From NCBI GenBank assembly GCA_965369655.1, contig CBDUQR010000007.1, positions 1 to 64,000 on the forward strand: 64,000 nt of DNA. Direction: 5' to 3'. Shown in pieces: positions 57,006 through 64,000 of the stretch. The position numbers and the translations under genes were made by a program. Every line of letters begins with the position of its first letter. The stretch's first letter is position 1. The stretch comes from an uncultured bacterium. Its GTDB lineage: Bacteria > Zixibacteria > MSB-5A5 > JAABVY01 > JAHJOQ01. The notes under the pieces were generated by a model that worked only from the letters and a program-made list of their open reading frames with translations, ran no database searches and was not told the DNA's origin.

Positions 57006-60000
57006 TGCATAAGGATGGACTTCAGGAATTCGCAGTTAGTGATCAAAAGACGAACAAAGTAGGCAGTGCGGTAGTCCTCGGGGGCGGTGTTGGCGGAATG
57101 CAGGCGGCGCTCGACTTGGCCGAGGCGGGCATCAAAGTCTATCTCGTCGACAAGGAGTCGGCCATCGGCGGTGTAATGAGCCAGCTGGACAAGACCTTCC
57201 CGACCAACGACTGCTCCATGTGCATCGTTTCACCGCGTTTGGTCGACGTGGGGCGGCACCTCAACATCGAGATCATATGCAACGCCGACCTCCAAAAGGT
57301 CGAGGGCCTGGCCGGCGATTTCAAGGTTACCTTAAAACAGAAGACCCGTTATATCGACCTTGAAAAGTGCACTGGCTGCGGCCTCTGCACTGAGAAATGC
57401 CCGATCACTAAGAAGAGCGAATTCGACTTGGGGATAGTACAGCGTAAGGTCATCTTCCGCCGCTACCCGCAAGCCGTTCCCAGTGGATTTACCATCGATA
57501 AGGAAGGCATCTCGCCGTGCAGGTTCGGCTGCCCCCTGGGAGTCAACGCTCATGGGTACGTGGCGCTCATCGCTGACGGGCGTTTCGAAGAAGCGCTCGA
57601 AGTCGAAAAGCGTCGCAACCCCTTTCCGAGCATCTGCGGGCGCATCTGCCCCGCCCCTTGCGAGGCCGAATGCCGCCGCGGCGATTTGGACCAGCCAGTC
57701 GCTATCCGCCAGCTCAAACGTTTTTTAAGCGACTGGGAACGCAAGAACGGCCGCAAGCCCCTCGAGCCTACCGAAGATGAAAAATCCGAAAAGGTGGGCG
57801 TGATCGGGACTGGGCCGGCAGGACTCACCCTTGCCAGGGAGCTTAAGCTCAAGGGCTATAATGTGACCATCTTTGAAGCCAATCCAAAGGCGGGCGGCTT
57901 GCTTATATCGGGGATCCCGCCCTACCGGTTACCGCGGGACGTGATAGAGTGGGAGATCCAAGAGATATTCGACCTGGGCGTCGAGCTAAAGGCCAACACC
58001 CATGTCGGCAAGGACGTCAGTTTCGGTCAGATAAAAAACGATTACGACGCTGTATTCGTCGCCACCGGCGCTCCCTGCGGGCGCTCGTTGAAACTCGAAG
58101 GCGAGGATACGATCAGCGGGTTGCATGACTGCATACAGTTTCTCAGGGAAGTAAACCTTGAGGGTCGCAAGAGCATCGGCAAGAAGGTCATCGTGGTCGG
58201 GGGGGGCAACGCCGCCATCGATGCGGCCCGTACCGCACAGCGCCTCGATACCGAGAACGTCACCATCGTTTACCGCCGCTCGCGGCGCGAGATGCCGGCC
58301 AACTCGACCGAAGTCCGCGCCACGATCGAAGAAGGTATCGAGATTGAATTTCTGGCCAACCCGGTGCGGCTAATAGCCGATGAGAACAACAAGCTCACCG
58401 GTGTCGAGTGCATCAGGATGGAGTTGGGTGAGCCGGACGATAGTGGCCGCCGGCGCCCAGTTCCGGTCGAAGGTTCCGAGTTCATCATCGAAGCCGATGT
58501 GCTGATACCCGCCATCAGCCAGGAGCCGGACCTGACGTTCTTCGAAGATAAGTTTCAGCCCAAGACTACGCGCTTGAAAACGCTGGTGGTCGACCCAGTC
58601 ACGCTCGAGACCACCATACCGGGAATCTTCGCAGGCGGCGACGTAGTCACCGGCCCAGCCACGGTTATTGAGAGTATCGACGCCGGTCTGCGCGCCGCAG
58701 AGTCGATCGACCGTTACCTGAAGAAGGAAGACATGCGGACCGGCCGCGAAGAGGCCGAGCGGATCCGAGCGGAGCGCGATATCGACGGCGAGCCAATCAT
58801 TCCGCGCCACCAGATCCCTGAGATTTCAGTTGAAGAGCGCGTCGGCAACTTCAACGAAGTCGAGCTTGGCTGGGACGAAGAGACCGCTATCGCCGAGGCA
58901 AAACGCTGCCTCCACTGTGCTGCCTGCTGCGAGTGCCTAATGTGTCTCGCGGCCTGTGAGGCAATGGCGATCGATCACGACATGGAGCGCGAAGAGATCA
59001 TCACCCTCGAAACCGGCGCAGTAATAGCAGCCCCCGGTTACGAGCTGTTCAATGCCAACAACACCAAAGAACTCGGCTACGACCGCTTCCCCAACGTGGT
59101 TACCAGCCTGGAGTTAGAACGGTTGCTCTCTGCCAGCGGACCAACAATGGGCGAGATCAAACGGCCATCCGACGGCGAGCACCCCAAAAGCATCGCCTTC
59201 ATCCAGTGCGTAGGGTCCCGCACGGTGGAAAACAACTACTGCTCGTCGGTTTGCTGTATGTATGCGACCAAGGAGGCGGTGATCGCCAAGGAGCACCAAC
59301 CCGATCTGGAGTGCTCGATTTTCTATATCGACCTGCGGGCATACGGTAAGGGCTTCGACGAGTACTACGAGCGGGCAAAAGAACATGGCGTGCGTTATGT
59401 GCGCTGTCGCCCATCGGCGATCCTGCAGGACCAGCAGACCAAAGATGTGATCATCCGCTACGTGGACAACCAGGGAAAGCAGCAGGTGGAGCGCTTCAGC
59501 ATAGCGGTGCTCTCCTGCGGCCTCAATCCCCTTGAGGGTGTGCATGAGTTCGCCCAAAGGTTGGGCATCGAACTCAATGATTTTGGCTTTTGTAAGACCA
59601 GCCGCATCGTTCCAGTTGACACGACTCGCGAGGGCATTTACACTTGCGGGCCTTTTAACGAGCCTAAGGATATCCCCGAGACCGTCATGCAGGCCAGCGC
59701 AGCAGCAGCCCGGGCCATGTCGTTACTCAGCGAGGTGAAGTGGACCCGCACGGCCCAAAAGGAATACCCACCCGAGCGCGATGTCACCGGTGAGGACCCG
59801 CGCATCGGCGTGTTCGTTTGTCACTGCGGCAAGAACATCGGCGGGGTGATCGACTGCAAGGCGGTGGCCGAGTATGCCAAGGGTCTCAACGGCGTGGTCT
59901 ACGCAACCGACAAGCTTTACACCTGTTCCCAGGACTCGATCGTCTCGATCACCGAAACAGTCAATGAGCAAAACCTAAACCGCGTCATCGTGGCGGCCTG

Positions 60001-61483
60001 TACACCGAGGACGCACGAACCTCTTTTCCGCGACTCCATCCGCGAGGCCGGGCTCAACCCCTACCTGTTCGAATTCGCCAATATCCGCGACCAGAACACA
60101 TGGGTCCATCAAAGCGAGCCACAAAAGGCCTTCGAGAAGGCTAAGGACCTGGTGCGCATGGCTGTCGGGAAAGCGCGCCTGCTCGAGCCGCTCTATGATG
60201 GCGAGCTCAAGATCAACAAAAATGCATTGGTGATCGGTGGCGGCATGAGCGGCATGACCACAGCCCTGGAGCTGGCCTCCCAGAGATTTCCGGTGCACCT
60301 GATCGAGCGCGAGAAGGAACTGGGTGGCAATATGCACCGGCTCCACTACCTGATCGACGGTGACGATCCGCAAAAGAAGCTTAAAGAGACAGTCGAAAAG
60401 GTGCAGGGCCACGATAAGATCAAAGTCTACCTCGACTGCCAGATCGAATCACTCTCCGGATCGCTGGGCAACTTCGAGACCACGCTCAAGCCCCACAACG
60501 GCTCCAAAGGAGAGACCATCAAGCACGGCGTCGTGGTGGTAGCCACCGGGGCTCAAGAGCTCAAGCCCGACGAATACCTCTACGGCCGGGACGAACGTGT
60601 CCTCACCCAGCTGGAGCTCGAAGAGAAGCTGGCGTCCGGCGACTTTTCTGCCAAGAATGTGGTCATGATCCAGTGCGTGGGTTCGCGCAATGAAGAGCGC
60701 CCCTACTGTAGTCGGGTTTGCTGCACTCACGCTATCAAGAACGCGCTCCAGATAAAAGAGAAATCGCCCGACACTAACGTGTATATCCTCTATCGCGACG
60801 TGCGCACCTATGGGTTTCGCGAGTCGTGGTACCGGCACGCCAGAGACAAGGGCGTGATCTTCCTGCGCTACGATCAGGATAAAAAGCCCGAGGTGGTCAA
60901 GGGCAGAGACGGATTCGAAATAATGGTCCACGACCCCATACTCAACACTGACCTCAAACTTACTGCCGATAGCCTGGTGCTCTCGGCAGCGATAATCGCC
61001 AACGACGATGCCGAGGGCATCGCTCAATTGCTCAAGGTCCCGGTAAATAGCGACAAGTTTTTCCTCGAGGCGCACATGAAGCTGCGCCCGGTGGATTTCG
61101 CTACCGATGGCGTCTTCTTAGCCGGCCTGGCCCACTCGCCCAAGGCAGTGGACGAAAGTATCATCCAGGCTTTGGGGGCCGCAGGCCGGGCCAGCACCTA
61201 CCTGTCCAAGGATCGCGTAACCCTGCCGGCTGCTATCTCCGAGGTCATCGACGAAAATTGTGACGGCTGCGCATACTGCATTGATCCCTGCCCCTATAAT
61301 GCCATTACACTGATAGAATTCATGCATAAAGGCGATCTCAAAAAGACTGTTGAGAGTGACCCGTCGGCCTGCAAAGGCTGTGGCGTTTGTCAGGCGACCT
61401 GTCCCAAGCAAGGTATCAAGATTAATCACTTTAGACTCGACCAACTTGGTGCTATGGTCGAGGCTCTGCTGCTAGAGGGATGA
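57002..61483 (+). CDS. hdrA: Large HdrA with inserted GltD-like NAD(P)H:FAD module (HdrL-type)
   Basis: LDKTFPTNDCSMC, two IQCVGSR...YCS.VCC, CGRICPAPCE, GTGPAG, GGGNAAID, YRR, C-terminal 2x[4Fe-4S]. Confidence 0.93.
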   Translation: MMHKDGLQEFAVSDQKTNKVGSAVVLGGGVGGMQAALDLAEAGIKVYLVDKESAIGGVMSQLDKTFPTNDCSMCIVSPRLVDVGRHLNIEIICNADLQKVEGLAGDFKVTLKQKTRYIDLEKCTGCGLCTEKCPITKKSEFDLGIVQRKVIFRRYPQAVPSGFTIDKEGISPCRFGCPLGVNAHGYVALIADGRFEEALEVEKRRNPFPSICGRICPAPCEAECRRGDLDQPVAIRQLKRFLSDWERKNGRKPLEPTEDEKSEKVGVIGTGPAGLTLARELKLKGYNVTIFEANPKAGGLLISGIPPYRLPRDVIEWEIQEIFDLGVELKANTHVGKDVSFGQIKNDYDAVFVATGAPCGRSLKLEGEDTISGLHDCIQFLREVNLEGRKSIGKKVIVVGGGNAAIDAARTAQRLDTENVTIVYRRSRREMPANSTEVRATIEEGIEIEFLANPVRLIADENNKLTGVECIRMELGEPDDSGRRRPVPVEGSEFIIEADVLIPAISQEPDLTFFEDKFQPKTTRLKTLVVDPVTLETTIPGIFAGGDVVTGPATVIESIDAGLRAAESIDRYLKKEDMRTGREEAERIRAERDIDGEPIIPRHQIPEISVEERVGNFNEVELGWDEETAIAEAKRCLHCAACCECLMCLAACEAMAIDHDMEREEIITLETGAVIAAPGYELFNANNTKELGYDRFPNVVTSLELERLLSASGPTMGEIKRPSDGEHPKSIAFIQCVGSRTVENNYCSSVCCMYATKEAVIAKEHQPDLECSIFYIDLRAYGKGFDEYYERAKEHGVRYVRCRPSAILQDQQTKDVIIRYVDNQGKQQVERFSIAVLSCGLNPLEGVHEFAQRLGIELNDFGFCKTSRIVPVDTTREGIYTCGPFNEPKDIPETVMQASAAAARAMSLLSEVKWTRTAQKEYPPERDVTGEDPRIGVFVCHCGKNIGGVIDCKAVAEYAKGLNGVVYATDKLYTCSQDSIVSITETVNEQNLNRVIVAACTPRTHEPLFRDSIREAGLNPYLFEFANIRDQNTWVHQSEPQKAFEKAKDLVRMAVGKARLLEPLYDGELKINKNALVIGGGMSGMTTALELASQRFPVHLIEREKELGGNMHRLHYLIDGDDPQKKLKETVEKVQGHDKIKVYLDCQIESLSGSLGNFETTLKPHNGSKGETIKHGVVVVATGAQELKPDEYLYGRDERVLTQLELEEKLASGDFSAKNVVMIQCVGSRNEERPYCSRVCCTHAIKNALQIKEKSPDTNVYILYRDVRTYGFRESWYRHARDKGVIFLRYDQDKKPEVVKGRDGFEIMVHDPILNTDLKLTADSLVLSAAIIANDDAEGIAQLLKVPVNSDKFFLEAHMKLRPVDFATDGVFLAGLAHSPKAVDESIIQALGAAGRASTYLSKDRVTLPAAISEVIDENCDGCAYCIDPCPYNAITLIEFMHKGDLKKTVESDPSACKGCGVCQATCPKQGIKINHFRLDQLGAMVEALLLEG

Positions 61484-61484
61484 G

Positions 61485-61901
61485 ATGAGTGACAACGGAG
61501 ATTTCGAACCCAGGATAGTCCAATTCTGCTGCAACTGGTGCTCGTATACCGGCGCGGACCTGGCCGGCTCTTGCCGACTGCAGTATCCCACGAACACCCG
61601 CGTCGTGCGGGTTATGTGCACCGGGATGATCCACCCTAACATGGTGATCGACGCCCTCACCAAGGGCGCCGACGGCGTGCTTATCTGCGGATGCCACATC
61701 GGCGACTGCCATTACATCGACGGTAACGAGCGTATGGAATCGCGCGCGGCCACCATAGAGATGCTTTTAGAGGACTTCGGCATTGAGCCGGAACGGTTCC
61801 GCCTTGAGTGGGTCTCGGCATCCGAGGCGCAGCGCTTCGTCGAGGTGGTCAATAACTTCGTTAAGGATATTAAGGAGCTCGGTCCCAACCCATTCGTATA
61901 A
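61485..61901 (+). CDS. mvhD: Hydrogenase [2Fe-2S] subunit MvhD
   Basis: CNWCSYTGAD, RVMCTG, GCHIGDCHY..GN, WVSASE. Confidence 0.95.
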   Translation: MSDNGDFEPRIVQFCCNWCSYTGADLAGSCRLQYPTNTRVVRVMCTGMIHPNMVIDALTKGADGVLICGCHIGDCHYIDGNERMESRAATIEMLLEDFGIEPERFRLEWVSASEAQRFVEVVNNFVKDIKELGPNPFV

Positions 61902-61914
61902 AGGAGACACGGTT

Positions 61915-62121
61915 ATGGATAAACGGATGGTACAGTACTTCGACAGAAAGAAATTCATGTGGGACGGTGAGGAGTATGCCAGCGAGGATGACGCCAGGCA
62001 AAAGGAAAAGGAGTACTGCGAGAAAGACTTCGAGGTTCAGGTAGTGCCTGACAACGGCAAGTATTTGGTCTATACCCGTCGGTTGGTGACGGAGGTGGTG
62101 GTGGAAGGCGCCCCGATGTAG
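61915..62121 (+). CDS. Small hypothetical protein (68 aa) inside the mvh operon
   Basis: AAGGAG RBS; MDKRMVQYFDRKKFMWDGEEY...YLVYTRR. Confidence 0.75.
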   Translation: MDKRMVQYFDRKKFMWDGEEYASEDDARQKEKEYCEKDFEVQVVPDNGKYLVYTRRLVTEVVVEGAPM

Positions 62122-62178
62122 GCAGGGTAACGAGTGGCTAACTACTGAAATGGAAAGCTAACGAAAAGGAGATATAAC

Positions 62179-63114
62179 ATGCCAGTTAAAATTGCAGAGG
62201 AGTGGTTGACTACCTGTGGTGGTTGCGAGGTCACGCTCCTTGATGTGGGAGAACCTCTCTTGGATATTTTGCCGGAATTAGAAATTGTCCATATGCCGAT
62301 TCTCATGGACCATAAATACTCCGGGCAGGCGGGAGAAAATCCGGGGACGCTTGTGATCCCGGAAGCCGATATCGGCTTTATCTCGGGCGGCATTCGAAAC
62401 GAAGAGAATCGTGCCGTGACCGAGGAGATGCGTAAAAAGGTCAACACGCTCGTGGCCGTCGGCGCTTGCGCCAATTTCGGCGGCATCCCCGCGTTGGCCA
62501 ACATGTACACTATCGAAAATGTGCTACAGATGATTTACGATGAAACAGAGACGACTGATTCGGGTCCGTTCCCCGACGAAGAACTCCCTCCGATGGAAGA
62601 AAAAGTCTCTGCTGTCAGCGAAGTGGTCAAGGTCGACATGGCCTTGCCGGGCTGCCCAACCACGCCCGAGCTTTACGTGCAGGCAATCACCGCCCTACTC
62701 AAAGGTGAAACCTTGGTACTGCCGGAGCGCAGCGTGTGCGACGACTGTCCCATGAAGCGCGAAAAGAAGGCCGTTACCGACATCAAGCGCCCCCTGGAAA
62801 AGCCCGAATGGCCGGCAGACAAGCCTATTGAAGAGGTGCGCTGCCTGATGGAGCAGGGCTACCTCTGCCTGGGGCCGGTCACCCACTCGGCATGTGGCGG
62901 CGAAGAGAAGGTCCCACGGTGCATCAAGGCCCATATGCCTTGTCGCGGCTGCTTCGGCCTGATTCGCGAAAGCGCCAATCCCCAAATCGATATGATGACC
63001 GCCCTTTCATCGATCGGTCTCGATCCGCGACAAATCGAAGACCGTAGAGCAATGTTTAACCGCTTCGTCGGCTCGCAAGGACGGCTTCGTCCGTTGCCGC
63101 AGAGGAGGAAATAA
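62179..63114 (+). CDS. mvhG: [NiFe] hydrogenase small subunit, MvhG-like
   Basis: CGGCE, GACANFGGIP, PGCP, CDDC, CL..QG..CLGP, PCRGCFG. Confidence 0.92.
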   Translation: MPVKIAEEWLTTCGGCEVTLLDVGEPLLDILPELEIVHMPILMDHKYSGQAGENPGTLVIPEADIGFISGGIRNEENRAVTEEMRKKVNTLVAVGACANFGGIPALANMYTIENVLQMIYDETETTDSGPFPDEELPPMEEKVSAVSEVVKVDMALPGCPTTPELYVQAITALLKGETLVLPERSVCDDCPMKREKKAVTDIKRPLEKPEWPADKPIEEVRCLMEQGYLCLGPVTHSACGGEEKVPRCIKAHMPCRGCFGLIRESANPQIDMMTALSSIGLDPRQIEDRRAMFNRFVGSQGRLRPLPQRRK

Positions 63115-63116
63115 CG

Positions 63117-64000
63117 ATGGGAAAGACAATTTTAATCGAACCGGTTACCAGGATAGAGGGACATGCTAAGATCCAGATCATGCTGGACGACAGCGGCAAT
63201 GTCGAAGATACCCGCGTAAAGGTTGTTGAAACACGAGGTTTTGAGCGCTTTGCCATCGGCCGACCCATTGAAGAGATCATACGCATCGTACCGCGTATAT
63301 GCGGTGTATGCCCATGGGCCCACCACTTGGCGGCCGCCAAGGCTGCTGACGAGGTTTTCGGTGTGAATATCCCCCCCGCTGCCAAAAAGATAAGAGAGCT
63401 GGCCTATATGGGACATACGATGCACAGCCACCTGTTGCATTTCTATATCCTGGCGGGCCCCGATTTCCTCATGGGCCCCACTTCGGACTACACCACGCGT
63501 AATGTCATCGGCGTTATCGGCAAACACCCGGATTTGGCCAAAAAGATCGTGCGCAATCGCTGGCTCGCACAGATGGCGACCCAGAAGCTGGGCGGTAAAG
63601 CCATTCATCCGGACGTAGCCGTACCGGGCGGCTGGGCAAAGCCAATCACCGAAGACGAGCGCAAGGAAGTCAAGGAGATGTTCCAGGAGGTCTATGACTT
63701 CGCCTTGTTCGGGATCGATTTCGTCAAGAAGAACGTCTTCCCTGCGTACCTTGACTTTATAGCAAACACCGCTGTGTTCAATACAGGATTCCTTGGGCTA
63801 GTCAAGGACGGCGATTTAGAGCTTTACGACGGTAAATTACGCATGATGCAGGCCGACGGGTCTTACGAGGATTTCGAAGCCTCAAACTATACCGACCACA
63901 TCTCAGAGCACATTGAACCCTGGACTTATATGAAATTCCCCTACATGAAGAAGGCCGGTGGATTCAATATGGACATCGACAACCCGCAGGGCATCTATCG
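63117..64000 (+). CDS. mvhA: [NiFe] hydrogenase large subunit, MvhA-like (group 3c by context), cut by the window end
   Basis: Absent from the ORF track because there is no stop. MGKTILIEPVTRIEGHAKI...RGFERF...PRICGVCPWAHH...SHLLHFY.LAGPD...GGKAIHP. Confidence 0.93.
   Translation, partial: MGKTILIEPVTRIEGHAKIQIMLDDSGNVEDTRVKVVETRGFERFAIGRPIEEIIRIVPRICGVCPWAHHLAAAKAADEVFGVNIPPAAKKIRELAYMGHTMHSHLLHFYILAGPDFLMGPTSDYTTRNVIGVIGKHPDLAKKIVRNRWLAQMATQKLGGKAIHPDVAVPGGWAKPITEDERKEVKEMFQEVYDFALFGIDFVKKNVFPAYLDFIANTAVFNTGFLGLVKDGDLELYDGKLRMMQADGSYEDFEASNYTDHISEHIEPWTYMKFPYMKKAGGFNMDIDNPQGIY

Noticed and set aside
57002-64000. Selenocysteine in HdrA, MvhD or MvhA
   Set aside because: The visible positions are Cys codons with no in-frame TGA; the MvhA C-terminus is outside the window and cannot be judged.

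Overview
A 64-kb bacterial chromosomal window. The repeated 'GD.N..G.IDIDDVVYLINYIF.GG' dockerin-like modules, FlgD/T9SS-like C-terminal domains and a PorV-like gene suggest candidate phylum Zixibacteria or a relative; this is an inference. Order of content: (1) the end of an IS630-like element truncating a low-GC gene, a palindrome cluster and an EF-G paralogue. (2) A ~19-kb tightly packed operon (3.6-22.5 kb) encoding a giant secreted protein, a PorV-like/TPR protein, an RsbW-kinase/HAMP/PP2C protein and a STAS protein that both carry IS481-transposase-like HTH tails, ParA, a diguanylate cyclase and Wza/split-Wzc polysaccharide export genes. (3) Secreted Cys-rich/dockerin proteins. (4) yebC-ruvC-ruvA without ruvB, followed by a 330-bp nested palindrome mosaic. 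(5) An S9 peptidase. (6) An accessory block with a DtxR regulator and a porin. (7) rpsU-yqeY-cvpA converging on dnaG, then housekeeping genes. (8) After an IS3 remnant, a hypABFCDE-lysR-hdrCB-hdrA(L)-mvhD-orf-mvhG-mvhA cluster running off the window end. The intergenic DNA holds a hierarchy of tiny repeats: several GTAG-type REP families, two copies of a 135-bp MITE with CTAA target duplication carrying a REP doublet, and a 21-23-nt module inserted in three different host hairpins, one with an empty allele in the same window. Best novelty candidates are the HTH-bearing partner-switch/ParA/c-di-GMP/EPS operon and the nested micro-element system. All family calls come from motif recognition by eye; no searches were run.
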